Shown: positions 1 through 9,803, counted from the stretch's first letter. The stretch is DNA of 64,000 nucleotides from Pseudomonadota bacterium (GCA_021848825.1 JAJZTQ010000014.1:36-64035), one strand, 5' to 3'. A program made the numbers and translations. The notes: generated by a model from the sequence alone, not told the origin.

Positions 1-129
1 CCATTCGACTTCCTTTCCGCCTCCCGAAATCAGGGTGACCTCATTTCCCGCCTTTATCGTCGCCTCGATCTGTCCCCTGAGATGGTTGTAGAGGAAAAAG
101 GGAACCGTCGCGACCCTTGCAAGTTTCAT
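1..129 (-). CDS. Glycosyltransferase, GT4 (WbuB-like), N-terminal fragment running off the window edge
   Basis: A reverse-strand ATG at 129-127 reads MKLARVATVPFFLYNHLRGQIEATIKAGNEVTLISGG. This is the typical N-terminus of WbuB-type L-FucNAc/L-QuiNAc transferases, which sit next to fnl-type genes. Confidence 0.5.
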   Translation of the reverse strand, partial: MKLARVATVPFFLYNHLRGQIEATIKAGNEVTLISGGGKEVEW

Positions 130-164
130 TCTTGAATCCTGCTATGGTGACCAAGTAACGGCTA

Positions 165-1295
165 TCAGGCTGGCTTCGACCATACCGTGCGGTTGACATA
201 GTCGACATAGCTCAAGACAATCCGCAATACTTTCCTGGAGACCGCCTCTGCTTCATAATCCTGAACCGGCGATATCGCGCGCTCGCTTTGCGCATGCTGG
301 GAAATGACGACCCTGACTGCATCGAGCACGCGTTCCTTTTTCAGTCCGCTCATGATGAGTGTGCCGACATCCATTCCTTCAGGCCGTTCATGAGCATTGC
401 GTATCGTGATGGCGGGCAGATTCAGCAAGGATGCTTCTTCGGTGATGGTGCCGCTGTCGGAGATCACGCACAGTGCTTCCATCTGCAGTCTGATGTAATC
501 GCAGAAACCGAAAGGCTTGAGGAACCGGATGAGGGGGTCGAGCTTGCCCAATTCCATCTCATCCAGGCGCTTTCTGGTGCGAGGATGGGTCGAGACGATC
601 ACCGGATATTTGTAGGTTGCGGCCAGGGCATTGAGCGTATCAACCAGGTTGTTCATGTTTTCCTGGCTGTCGACATTCTCTTCCCGGTGTGCGCTGACGA
701 TGAAATATTTTTTCGGCCCGAGTTCGATGCGCTCGAGTACATCGGATCCCCTGATCTTGGGCATATAGTGGTCGAGTACCTCGCGCATGTGCGAGCCGGT
801 TTTGAAGATGGTTTCCTGCCGGATGCCTTCCGCGATGAGATAACGCCTTGCATGCTCGGTCAGCACCAGATTGATGTCGGAGAGATGGTCCAGCACCTTG
901 CGGTTCAGTTCCTCCGGGACACGCTGGTCAAAGCAGCGGTTTCCTGCTTCCATGTGGAAAACGGGGATTTTCCGCCGCTTCGCGGCGATCACCGCGAGAC
1001 AGGAATTGGTGTCGCCATAGAGCAGAACCGCATCTGGCTTCTCCCTTTCCATCACTTCATCCGACTTTTCGATCACCCTGCCGATCGTTTGTGCGGCGTT
1101 TTCTCCGACGGCTTCCAGGAAATGGTCGGGTTTCCTGATGCCGAGATCCTCGAAGAAAACCTGATTGAGTTCGTAATCGTAGTTCTGCCCGGTATGAACC
1201 AGAACATGTTCGGTATGTTCGTCGAATTCGGCAATCACCCTGCTCATTTTGATCAGTTCCGGGCGGGTACCCACGATGGTCATGACCTTAAGCAC
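165..1295 (-). CDS. UDP-N-acetylglucosamine 2-epimerase family, non-hydrolysing (FnlC/WbjD/Cap5G/WbvD type)
   Basis: The 376-aa product has VMTIVGTRPELIKMSRV, HTGQNYDYELNQVFFEDLGIRKPD and GDTNSCL/HMEAGNRCFDQRVPEE, which match the FnlC/Cap5G family. Its start overlaps the upstream gene by 8 nt. Confidence 0.9.
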   Translation of the reverse strand: MLKVMTIVGTRPELIKMSRVIAEFDEHTEHVLVHTGQNYDYELNQVFFEDLGIRKPDHFLEAVGENAAQTIGRVIEKSDEVMEREKPDAVLLYGDTNSCLAVIAAKRRKIPVFHMEAGNRCFDQRVPEELNRKVLDHLSDINLVLTEHARRYLIAEGIRQETIFKTGSHMREVLDHYMPKIRGSDVLERIELGPKKYFIVSAHREENVDSQENMNNLVDTLNALAATYKYPVIVSTHPRTRKRLDEMELGKLDPLIRFLKPFGFCDYIRLQMEALCVISDSGTITEEASLLNLPAITIRNAHERPEGMDVGTLIMSGLKKERVLDAVRVVISQHAQSERAISPVQDYEAEAVSRKVLRIVLSYVDYVNRTVWSKPA

Positions 1296-2298
1296 GGAGT
1301 TCTTCCCTGATGTAATCCAGCTTCAGCAGCAGTTCCTTGACCTGTTCGACGTTCAATCTGTGCGTGTTGTGGGAGGTATAGTCGTCAAGATGCGATATCT
1401 TTTCCTCGCCCTCGCTGAAATACTTGGCGTAGTTGAGATCCCTGTTGTCGGCCGGAATCCGGTAGTATCCGCCCATGTCTCTGGCATGCGCCATTTCCTC
1501 GCGGGAAATGAGCGATTCGTACAGTTTTTCTCCGTGCCTTGTCCCTATTATCCTGATCTCGTTGTCTTTCTCGAAAAGCTCCTTGAGCGCCTGGGCGAGG
1601 TCCGCGATCGTCGATGCCGGCGCTTTCTGCACGAAAATGTCGCCCTGTTCGCCGTGCTCGTAGGCATAAAGCACCAGGTCCACCGAGTCGTCAAGAGACA
1701 TCAGGAAGCGGGTCATGTTGGGATCGGTTACCGTCAGTGGCTTGCCTTCCTTCAGCTGCGATACGAAAAGCGGAATGACCGAGCCGCGCGATGCCATCAC
1801 GTTGCCATAGCGTGTTGCACAGAATACCGTTTCCCCTTTCTGCTGCATGCGAGATTTTGCGACCATCAGCTTCTCGGCCATCGCCTTGGATATGCCCATG
1901 GCGTTGATCGGGTAAACGGCCTTGTCCGTACTGAGGACGATCACGCGTTGAACCCCGTTTGCAGTGGCGGCATTGAGCACGTTTTCCGTGCCGATCACAT
2001 TGGTGCGCACTGCCTCCATGGGATAGAACTCGCAGGATGGCACCTGCTTCAATGCTGCAGCATGGAATACGTAGTCCACGCCCTTCATCGCCTGATGGAG
2101 GCCATCGTAGTCGCGGACATCCCCGATATAGAACTTAAGCTTGTCATTGGCGAGCGCAATGCGCATGTCTTCCTGTTTTTTCTCGTCTCGGCTGAAGATG
2201 CGTATTTCGCGCACATCCGTGGAAAGGAAGCGCCTGAGCACGGTATTCCCGAAGGAGCCCGTGCCGCCTGTGATCATAAGGACCTTGTCTTTGAACAT
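1288..2298 (-). CDS. fnlA: UDP-GlcNAc 4,6-dehydratase/5(3)-epimerase (FnlA/WbjB/Cap5E/WbvB family)
   Basis: The 336-aa product has MFKDKVLMITGGTGSFGN, FSRDEKKQ, YIGDVRDY, STDKAVYPINAMGISKAM and GNVMASRGSVIPLF. This is near-textbook FnlA/Cap5E. Confidence 0.9.
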   Translation of the reverse strand: MFKDKVLMITGGTGSFGNTVLRRFLSTDVREIRIFSRDEKKQEDMRIALANDKLKFYIGDVRDYDGLHQAMKGVDYVFHAAALKQVPSCEFYPMEAVRTNVIGTENVLNAATANGVQRVIVLSTDKAVYPINAMGISKAMAEKLMVAKSRMQQKGETVFCATRYGNVMASRGSVIPLFVSQLKEGKPLTVTDPNMTRFLMSLDDSVDLVLYAYEHGEQGDIFVQKAPASTIADLAQALKELFEKDNEIRIIGTRHGEKLYESLISREEMAHARDMGGYYRIPADNRDLNYAKYFSEGEEKISHLDDYTSHNTHRLNVEQVKELLLKLDYIREELRA

Positions 2299-2301
2299 TT
2301 T

Positions 2302-3159
2302 TCAACGCCTGTATTTGTGCATCAATTGAATCAATTCCGGCCACTCTGGAGCGACATATCTTGTCGCGTCCCGAAATTTCGATGCGTTGAGCGACCTGTC
2401 GATCACTAGTCCGTCATCGGGAACGATGTTGATCTCTTTCCCGTATACTTTGGCTACAAGCTCGAGCAGTTCATATTTGGAGATCGGTTTCGCAGCGACA
2501 TGATATACGCCGTGCAAATCCGGTCGCGGTATCACGACGTCGCGTACGATCTGCGCCAGCGCGACGGTAGGCAAACCGGAGAAGATCGCCCTTGCATAAC
2601 CCTCGCATTTTTCCTTTTGGGAAAGAAACCAGCCGATGAGGCCATGAGCGCTTTGCAATTCATGGCCGATGATGGAAGTGCGCAAAGTGATCGCATTGGG
2701 GTAGTCGACTTCACCCAGGTATTTTGATTTCCCATAGAGATCCTCCGCATCAGAGGGATCCGTTTCAACATAATTTCCCTTTTTGCCGGAGAAAACGCAG
2801 TCTGTGCTCACATGCACCAGCCGTGCACCAGCCAGGCTGCACAACCTTGCAAGGCGATGGGGCAGAAGGGAATTGATCGGGAGCGCGAGCAGTGGGTCGT
2901 TTGCGTCCGCAAGTTGCTTGATCAGGCCGATGCAGTTTATCACTATGTCGGGACGGACCCTGTCAAACACGTCAACGAGCGAGTCGTGATCTTCGACATC
3001 GATGCCTGGAATCAGTTTTTCGGCAATTTCACCGGAATAGAACCTGGATGTGCTGCCCGACCTGATCGTCCCGAACACCTCCCAGCCTCCCTCCTCGCTG
3101 AGAACCTGGATCATTGCATTTCCGAGCATGCCGCTCGCGCCGAGAATCAGTACTCTCAT
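2302..3159 (-). CDS. RmlD-fold NAD(P)-dependent sugar-nucleotide 4-reductase (WbvR/QnlA-like rather than the longer FnlB)
   Basis: The 285-aa product has an MRVLILGASGMLG Rossmann start and a YGKSK catalytic motif. Its size and fold resemble dTDP-4-dehydrorhamnose reductase, and it sits between the FnlA-like and glycosyltransferase genes. Confidence 0.7.
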   Translation of the reverse strand: MRVLILGASGMLGNAMIQVLSEEGGWEVFGTIRSGSTSRFYSGEIAEKLIPGIDVEDHDSLVDVFDRVRPDIVINCIGLIKQLADANDPLLALPINSLLPHRLARLCSLAGARLVHVSTDCVFSGKKGNYVETDPSDAEDLYGKSKYLGEVDYPNAITLRTSIIGHELQSAHGLIGWFLSQKEKCEGYARAIFSGLPTVALAQIVRDVVIPRPDLHGVYHVAAKPISKYELLELVAKVYGKEINIVPDDGLVIDRSLNASKFRDATRYVAPEWPELIQLMHKYRR

Positions 3160-4145
3160 TTTCTTGATGCTTTGAAGTGGAATATAAACATTTTGATTCT
3201 AACCAAAATATCTGCCGGAAGCAGCGTTCTTATCATATAGGCGAATCGATCCGCAAGATAGCCGACATTTCGTGCGATGCGCGAAACCTTGTTCGCATCA
3301 TGCTTTCTGGCATATGCCTCAGCCAGTGTCGCAGCGTCGCCCAGCCCCAAGCGGAACATTCGCGACGCTATCTTCCCATAGGCTTCCGAAAGCGGTTTTC
3401 CTGTGGCGAGCAGGATTTCCCGAGAATCCAGCTCGCTGACGAAGCCGGAAAACAGATTGTTGCTCTCGGTCCTGGCAATGGAGGACATCACACGGCTGCC
3501 CTGGGCTTCGTGACATCTCGATTTTACAAGCACTTCAGGGAGGTGGATAAACGAGTATTTTTTCGCCATGCGGAACCATAAATCCAGGTCCTGCGTTGTC
3601 CGCAGACTCTCGTTGAAGCCGCCGGCTTTCTCGAATGCATGCCGGGGTATCAACAGGGTGCATCCATGCAGGCCGCTGTCGGCGGTCAACCAGTAGCGAA
3701 AGCTTTCCGGAGATACATTCCGCAGCCTTCGGGCGGTCGCATTTTCCGGATCATCGGTAAAGAGCGAATAATCGCAGTAAATGATGGCATCGTCCTTCCC
3801 TGTTCCGGACAATGCATTCACTTCCTTTTCGATTTTGTCTTCGGTGTACAGATCGTCATGACTCAGCCACGAGAAATATTCTCCCGTCATGTTTGCAATG
3901 GCGAAATTCAATGCCGATCCGACACCCCCGTTCTCTTTCGAGAAATAGCGGATCCTGTTCCCGAATGAAAGGGCGATTTTCTCGGTTGCGCCTTCATCTT
4001 GCGAGCCATCGTTCACCACCAGGATTTCGATATTCGGATAGGTCTGACATAATGCGCTGGTGATTGCTTCCCTCAGGAAATTTGCTCCGTTGTACACAGG
4101 AATCACAACGGAAATTTTCGGCATGGCGGCTGTCTTGTTATTCAT
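3156..4145 (-). CDS. Glycosyltransferase family 2
   Basis: The 329-aa product has ISVVIPVYNG, VVNDGSQD and SWLSHDDLY (DxD region) motifs. It is a paralog of the N-terminal half of the 5369-6979 product. Confidence 0.85.
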   Translation of the reverse strand: MNNKTAAMPKISVVIPVYNGANFLREAITSALCQTYPNIEILVVNDGSQDEGATEKIALSFGNRIRYFSKENGGVGSALNFAIANMTGEYFSWLSHDDLYTEDKIEKEVNALSGTGKDDAIIYCDYSLFTDDPENATARRLRNVSPESFRYWLTADSGLHGCTLLIPRHAFEKAGGFNESLRTTQDLDLWFRMAKKYSFIHLPEVLVKSRCHEAQGSRVMSSIARTESNNLFSGFVSELDSREILLATGKPLSEAYGKIASRMFRLGLGDAATLAEAYARKHDANKVSRIARNVGYLADRFAYMIRTLLPADILVRIKMFIFHFKASRK

Positions 4146-4175
4146 GATCGAGCTTCTGGTTTTCTTCGATGCACT

Positions 4176-5357
4176 TCATTCCCATACCGTTTCATACAGG
4201 TTGATCGCCTTTTGGCGCAACCTGGTCGCGTCCAGCCTATCCTCGGCAGTACGCCAGTTGATTAGGGCGGCCTGATCGACCAATTTATCGTCGGACAGTG
4301 CAGCTCGAATTGCCATCTCGATAATATCAGGATCTTCAGGGGGTACGATCATCCCGCTTACACCATGCTCTATCCATTCTTCGGCACAGGCCGTGCAACT
4401 CTGGATGGGGAATGAACCCATCACCATTGCTTCGAGCAACGAAGTGCTGATGGCATCGCTGATGCTCAGCCCAATCGAGATGCGGGCGCGGGCATGAAGC
4501 GCCATAATTTCCTTATGGGGCAGTTTCTGCGGTGGAACCCGAACGGGTATGCCTGTTTTTTCCGAAAAAAGCTCGGCAGCGAGGGCGACATCCGGCATTG
4601 CCGAATATATTACGATCTCGTAGCCGGACAGCAAATCCGCGCATCGCTCCAATGCGCGCAGCCCTGCTAGCGCGCGCCCCGCCCAATGCTGATAGCCTTT
4701 GAGCATGATCAGTCTTCTGTCCGAGGGATCGATCTGATTTCGTTGTTCTTTTAGGATTGCGAGATCGAAGCCGCCGGCGTTTGGAAATACCGGAAGGATT
4801 TTCTTTTCAAATCCGAATTCCCGGGCGAGCTTTGCATCCCTTTCGCATTCGCAGGAGTAATAGTCGCAATTGGCAAGCACCTCCCCAATCTTTTGCCTGT
4901 GATTATGCAGACGGCCGAAAAGATAGATGTCGCTTCCCCAGTTCGTCACGAGCCATCGCGGGAATTCTCCGCCAAACAGTTTCTTTGTTTCGAGCGCGAG
5001 GTAGCCTGCTGTCTGAATCTCCAGCGAATGGATAACGTCAGGCTTCAGTCTGCCGATCACCCTTTTCAACTGTTTTGCCCTGTACATCGGAAAATGCTTG
5101 TCGAAAACATGGGTGCGAAACCTGTCCGCCCAAATGGCGAATTGGGATTCGGCAACTTGATTCAAATCCCGCTCCGGGGACAGGCGTTCGCTATGGAAGA
5201 AATGGTATACCGTGACATTTGCCATGGAGGGGTGAACGCTTTCTCCACGAATGCTTGGAAACAGATGGATGTCCCAGCCCTGCCCCTCCAATTGCGAAAC
5301 CCATCTTGCGGTGTGGATGCTGTCGAGAAACCCGATTATCAGTATTTTCTTCGCCAT
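4176..5357 (-). CDS. Glycosyltransferase family 4 (GT-B fold)
   Basis: The 393-aa product has a C-terminal SLLEAMVMGSFPI ... GVSGMIVPPEDP motif of the E-x7-E type, characteristic of GT4/GT1. Confidence 0.75.
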   Translation of the reverse strand: MAKKILIIGFLDSIHTARWVSQLEGQGWDIHLFPSIRGESVHPSMANVTVYHFFHSERLSPERDLNQVAESQFAIWADRFRTHVFDKHFPMYRAKQLKRVIGRLKPDVIHSLEIQTAGYLALETKKLFGGEFPRWLVTNWGSDIYLFGRLHNHRQKIGEVLANCDYYSCECERDAKLAREFGFEKKILPVFPNAGGFDLAILKEQRNQIDPSDRRLIMLKGYQHWAGRALAGLRALERCADLLSGYEIVIYSAMPDVALAAELFSEKTGIPVRVPPQKLPHKEIMALHARARISIGLSISDAISTSLLEAMVMGSFPIQSCTACAEEWIEHGVSGMIVPPEDPDIIEMAIRAALSDDKLVDQAALINWRTAEDRLDATRLRQKAINLYETVWE

Positions 5358-5368
5358 GCTGGACTATA

Positions 5369-6979
5369 TCATCTATCCGGCAGGTCTTCGATTTTCCACA
5401 GTCCAAGCGATTTGTCTGTAAATCGGTTGTCGGCTTCGGTGCATTTCTCGTTGATGAGCTTCAAAGGCTCGGGGAAGTTGAAAGGAGGGCGCTGCAAGTT
5501 CAGAGGGCGCCACATCTTATTCCCAAGATCCTCATTGGATAAGCGGTCGGTAAAAGTGGTCGTAAGCAGATACTTCGACTTGCTGTCCTTGAAATTGCCT
5601 ATAACACGCCGTATATCATCATAGGACAAATGCACCAGGCAGTCCCGGCAGAATATCAGATCGACTTGCGGAGGGATGTCTTCGGCAAGATTCATGCAAA
5701 TAAATGAATTCGTTTCGCTTGCGAACTGCCGGGTGTTCTTCTCGATCAACTCCGGAACGATATCCGCCCCTATGTATTTTTCGACGCCCATATTGGTTTC
5801 CCGCATCCAGAACCAGTCTCCGCAAGGCGCGTCCAGGAATGTCCTGATATCGAATTCCTTTACCAGTGCCGGCAACTGGAGGCGAACTTCGGCAGTTTGC
5901 ACCAGATCAGATCCTGCTCCTGACCGGGAGACGCTGCCTTTGAATGCATTTGTCGAATAAATATCGGAAAATTTCTTCTTGAGATCCTGGCTGCGCTTTG
6001 CCAATGACATTTTTTTCAGGCGTTCAAACACGTTTCTGACCTTTTGCTGTATTCGATGGATTATGGTTCGTGGGAACGAAAATGAAATTATCAGGAATGA
6101 TTTTACCAGTTCGATGGAACTGCAGTGTCTCCCGGCATTGCGGGACAGTTGGACAGCGTCGTCGGCGGCCTGGATAAACCCCCGCCTCCTGAAATTGGCC
6201 GAGATGTTTGCGTACGCGACACACAAAGACTGATTCGTGGCCGAGCCAAGTTCCTGTTCCGTCAGGCTCGATGCAAAACCGGCAAGCAGCCTGTTGATCT
6301 CGGCATGTGCGGTGTGTTTCAATGCATGGCTGCCTTGGGCTGCATGGACGCGCCCCTTGACCAGCACCTCGGGCAAATGCACGAACCGGAATCTCCCCGC
6401 CATCCTGAACCAGAGGTCATAATCCTGCGTTGTGCGGAGCTTTTCGTCGAATAAGCCGCATTCATCGAATGCAGCTTTCGGAATCAGCAAGGTACAGCCG
6501 TGCAGCAGGTTCGTGGTGGTGATGAAATACCGGAATTGTTCGGGGGGTACATCTGGCAGTCGAACTTCTTGAAGCAGTCCGCCTTTATCCGTGTAAAGCG
6601 CTGCGTGATCGCTGTACAGAATGGTTCTTTCGCGATCCGCCAACACGGAAAGCGCATCGATCTGGCTCTCGATCTTGTTGGGGAAATAGAGATCGTCATG
6701 GCTCAGCCAAGAGAAGTAGTCCCCCGTCATTTTGTTGACCGCGAAGTTCAAGGCTGATGCGACACCGCCGTTTTCCTTGGAGAAATAGCGTATCTTTTCA
6801 CCGTAAGAACGCGCGATTTTCTCGGTGGCCCCGTCGTCCCGCGAACCATCGTTGACGACGATGATCTCGATGTTCGGGTAGGTTTGCGCAAGCGCACTGT
6901 CTATCGCCTCGCGCAAATAATCCGCGCCGTTATAGACGGGAATGACGATGCTGATCAATGGCCTGACGAGATGATTCAT
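5369..6979 (-). CDS. Bifunctional GT2 glycosyltransferase / class I SAM-dependent methyltransferase fusion
   Basis: The product is 536 aa. Residues 1 to about 300 are GT2 (ISIVIPVYNG, VVNDGSRD, SWLSHDDLY). The C-terminal ~200 aa carry a methyltransferase-like glycine-rich motif (FLDAPCGDWFWM ... IGADIV ... DLIFCRDCLVHL). Confidence 0.75.
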   Translation of the reverse strand: MNHLVRPLISIVIPVYNGADYLREAIDSALAQTYPNIEIIVVNDGSRDDGATEKIARSYGEKIRYFSKENGGVASALNFAVNKMTGDYFSWLSHDDLYFPNKIESQIDALSVLADRERTILYSDHAALYTDKGGLLQEVRLPDVPPEQFRYFITTTNLLHGCTLLIPKAAFDECGLFDEKLRTTQDYDLWFRMAGRFRFVHLPEVLVKGRVHAAQGSHALKHTAHAEINRLLAGFASSLTEQELGSATNQSLCVAYANISANFRRRGFIQAADDAVQLSRNAGRHCSSIELVKSFLIISFSFPRTIIHRIQQKVRNVFERLKKMSLAKRSQDLKKKFSDIYSTNAFKGSVSRSGAGSDLVQTAEVRLQLPALVKEFDIRTFLDAPCGDWFWMRETNMGVEKYIGADIVPELIEKNTRQFASETNSFICMNLAEDIPPQVDLIFCRDCLVHLSYDDIRRVIGNFKDSKSKYLLTTTFTDRLSNEDLGNKMWRPLNLQRPPFNFPEPLKLINEKCTEADNRFTDKSLGLWKIEDLPDR

Positions 6980-6991
6980 GATGCTGGATTC

Positions 6992-8683
6992 TTAATTGCC
7001 ATTGATGACGGATGCGAAGACGTTTTCGCAATCTTCAATCATTCGACGCGAATTGCCGGATGTTTCATGGACACGTACCTTGCATAACTCGCCTAGCTTT
7101 TCTCGATAGACATCGTCTGTAAACAAATTGGACAGCACGGTCTTGAGGGCAGAGAATTCGCCTCTTTCAAGTACTAATTCGGGGATCCCAATCACTTCTT
7201 CAGCAGCCGAACATTCTTTTTGGCTGAAGGTTTTCATGTAATCGTGCTTGAAAGATACGACGGGTGTTCCGAGCGCCGCGGCGTCTTTTATCAGCACGCC
7301 ACCTCCCGAAGGGTAGGTGTCGACAACAACATCTGCCATGCTCAGTACGTCGATGAAATTTTTAACCCATCCAAAGACCTTAACACGGTCCAAGATATCT
7401 GGATTCATTTCTTCGCGGAGCGCAAGAGGTAGCTCTCCCAATCCTACGATCACCAAATAAGCATCATCGCGACGTGAAACTATGTCGGTGAGGGCTTTCA
7501 GGAAATCTAGATCCTGCAGCTTCGCAGGTCTTCCAGCTGTCATGAGTACAAGTTTTTGCTCAGAAATGCCAAATAGGGATTTGGCTTCCGTACGCGATAA
7601 TTTCCTTTCGGGCAGATCCAAACGCAAGTTCACGAAACTGCAGTTTACCGGGCAATCTGGAATAAGAATTTTGAACCAGCTAATGCTCCATTGGAAATCC
7701 GGTGCGATATATTGCGGGGCGGGCCCTTGGCATAACCCGATGACTATGGGAGCAGGGCGAAGGGAGGCAATGAAGTAGTGTCTGAAATCGGCAAGCGCAG
7801 CACTGGTAACAAGAATGTCGGTATTCGCATCGTGGATTGATTTGGCCAATTCGATAAGACTATTCTCGCTGGATGTCAGGGATGGCGCCATTACCACGTT
7901 CCATCCGCAGCTTCTTATGGCGCCGATGTTTTTGAGGGCCTCCGGATTTCCCCGGATTTCCGAAGATTGTTCTGGTACGTAAAACGTTACATCAAAGCGC
8001 GACGCATCATGATATTTTGCAAATAACAAGCTGATTTCTACGATAACAGAATTGGCATGGGTCAATCCGAACATGAGGTGCGCCAAACGGATCTTTCCAT
8101 TCTGGCGTGCGAGCGGCTTCTCCGAAAAAAAGGCATGAGGTTTTGCCAACGACGAGATCCGGCTTAGCACGTCAAGATCATAATGATATTCGTCAGTTTT
8201 GCGGTGAACGGCATAGGCATATTGCCAGTCGTTGAAATGTCTGAGCGCCTCGGAAATTTTTCCGATCTCTGCTTTCCTGAGGCCCAGGATTTTATGCGCT
8301 TCGCGAATAGAATCGATATCGCCGCACGCTGCGTGTATCTTGACGAACATAGGCAGGTACCGTTCGTCTCCGTTTGAGAACAGCCATACGCGCTTCGCAA
8401 AAACCTTGGCCTGTTCAAGGTTGCCGATATTGTAAGAAGCTTCCGCCAATTTTAAATTGAACCAGAGCCGGTCTTTCAGGTTTTCACTACCCATAAAAGG
8501 CAGGATATCATCGACATTGATTGCATTGTCTCGTTTGATCTTTTCCAACAATGCCTTGAATTTAGGCGTGTGCAATAAACGCCAATCGCCTACATGACGA
8601 AAAGCCAAACCCCTGTATGCTGAGAGCAGCCTGAGAATGAACCTGTCGCCTCTCTTAAGCTGTCTGTAAATAATATGCTTCAT
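6992..8683 (-). CDS. TPR-containing GT41-like (SPINDLY/O-GlcNAc-transferase-like) glycosyltransferase
   Basis: The 563-aa product has an N-terminal helical-repeat region. It is followed by IRLAHLMFGLTHANSVIVEISLLFAKYHDASRFDVTFY and a C-terminal GT-B half (DVVVDTYPSGGGVLIKDAAALGTPVV), resembling bacterial GT41 proteins. Confidence 0.55.
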   Translation of the reverse strand: MKHIIYRQLKRGDRFILRLLSAYRGLAFRHVGDWRLLHTPKFKALLEKIKRDNAINVDDILPFMGSENLKDRLWFNLKLAEASYNIGNLEQAKVFAKRVWLFSNGDERYLPMFVKIHAACGDIDSIREAHKILGLRKAEIGKISEALRHFNDWQYAYAVHRKTDEYHYDLDVLSRISSLAKPHAFFSEKPLARQNGKIRLAHLMFGLTHANSVIVEISLLFAKYHDASRFDVTFYVPEQSSEIRGNPEALKNIGAIRSCGWNVVMAPSLTSSENSLIELAKSIHDANTDILVTSAALADFRHYFIASLRPAPIVIGLCQGPAPQYIAPDFQWSISWFKILIPDCPVNCSFVNLRLDLPERKLSRTEAKSLFGISEQKLVLMTAGRPAKLQDLDFLKALTDIVSRRDDAYLVIVGLGELPLALREEMNPDILDRVKVFGWVKNFIDVLSMADVVVDTYPSGGGVLIKDAAALGTPVVSFKHDYMKTFSQKECSAAEEVIGIPELVLERGEFSALKTVLSNLFTDDVYREKLGELCKVRVHETSGNSRRMIEDCENVFASVINGN

Positions 8684-8693
8684 TAAAATTGAA

Positions 8694-9800
8694 TTACGAC
8701 TTGTCGAACCTTTTCAGGAGAGCCACAATTTCTTGTGCGTTTTGTGGCGACATATGAGGACCCATGGGTAAACTTAAGATGGTGTTGGAAAGTTTTTCCG
8801 CAACCGGAAATGTTCCTTCCGGATATCCCAATTCCTGGTAAGCGGGTTGAAGATGAGGGGGGATTGGATAATGAATCATGGTTCCAACCCCATTTTTCGT
8901 CAGGTAATGCTGCAGCTTATCTCTGTCATTGCTTTGGACGACGAATAGGTGCCATGCTGGCTCAGCCCAAGCTGGGACTTCCGGAAGCCCTATATTGGAA
9001 TCCTTTAAACCATCGAGATAAATGGTTGCAATGGATTTTCTCCGGTCGTTCCATTCGTCGAGTCGTTTGAGTTTTTCGCGCAAGAAGGCTGCCTGAAGTT
9101 CATCAAGACGTGAATTAAAACCTTGCGCCTCATTGTGGTATTTGACGCGCGAACCATAATTTCTTAATATGCGAATCCTATCAGCTAATTCTTGGTCATC
9201 AGTTGTAACCGCTCCTCCATCGCCGATCGCACCCAGATTTTTTCCGGGATAGAAGCTGAAGCCTGCTGCATCACCTAAAGAACCGACTCGTTTTCCTTTG
9301 TATCGGGCACCATGCCCCTGCGCGGCATCTTCAATTACCTTCAGGCCATGATTTCGCCCAATCGCGTTGATTGCATCCATATCAGCGGATTGGCCATAGA
9401 GGTGCACCGCTATAATGGCCTTGGTACGTGGGGTAATGGCTGCCTCAATACATGCAGGATCAATATTGAAGGTTTTTTCGTCAGGCTCGACGGGAACCGG
9501 AGTGGCACCTGTATAGCTGGCTGCCAGCCAGGTTGCAATATAGGTATTAGAAGGAACGATGACTTCGTCACCGTCGCTAATTTCATAAGCATGTAGAATG
9601 AGGTGCAAAGCTTCGAGGCCATTTCCAACCCCAATGCAGTGCTTTGCTCCGCAATAATCGGCGAATTCCATTTCGAATTGCTTAACTTCCTCACCCAGAA
9701 CATACCAACCCGAATTCAATACGCGTTCGAATGCCGATTGAAGTTGCTCACTCAATTCCATTTGAGAAGCTTTAAGATCAAGGAAGGGGATCATTTTCAT
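8694..9800 (-). CDS. DegT/DnrJ/EryC1 PLP-dependent sugar aminotransferase (FdtB/QdtB-like, dTDP-3-keto-6-deoxyhexose 3-aminotransferase)
   Basis: The 368-aa product has [46 protein letters not shown] and LDEWNDRR motifs. It lies in the same cluster as an FdtA-like isomerase and rmlAB. Confidence 0.85.
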   Translation of the reverse strand: MKMIPFLDLKASQMELSEQLQSAFERVLNSGWYVLGEEVKQFEMEFADYCGAKHCIGVGNGLEALHLILHAYEISDGDEVIVPSNTYIATWLAASYTGATPVPVEPDEKTFNIDPACIEAAITPRTKAIIAVHLYGQSADMDAINAIGRNHGLKVIEDAAQGHGARYKGKRVGSLGDAAGFSFYPGKNLGAIGDGGAVTTDDQELADRIRILRNYGSRVKYHNEAQGFNSRLDELQAAFLREKLKRLDEWNDRRKSIATIYLDGLKDSNIGLPEVPAWAEPAWHLFVVQSNDRDKLQHYLTKNGVGTMIHYPIPPHLQPAYQELGYPEGTFPVAEKLSNTILSLPMGPHMSPQNAQEIVALLKRFDKS

Positions 9801-9803
9801 ACT

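Noticed and set aside
288-1310. 340-aa plus-strand ORF antisense to the 2-epimerase gene (and similar ORFs at 1249-2409, 2812-3240, 4893-5624)
   Set aside because: The products are low-complexity, Arg/Gly/His-rich and match no family. They lie exactly opposite genes with strong family signatures. These are typical shadow ORFs of GC-rich coding DNA.
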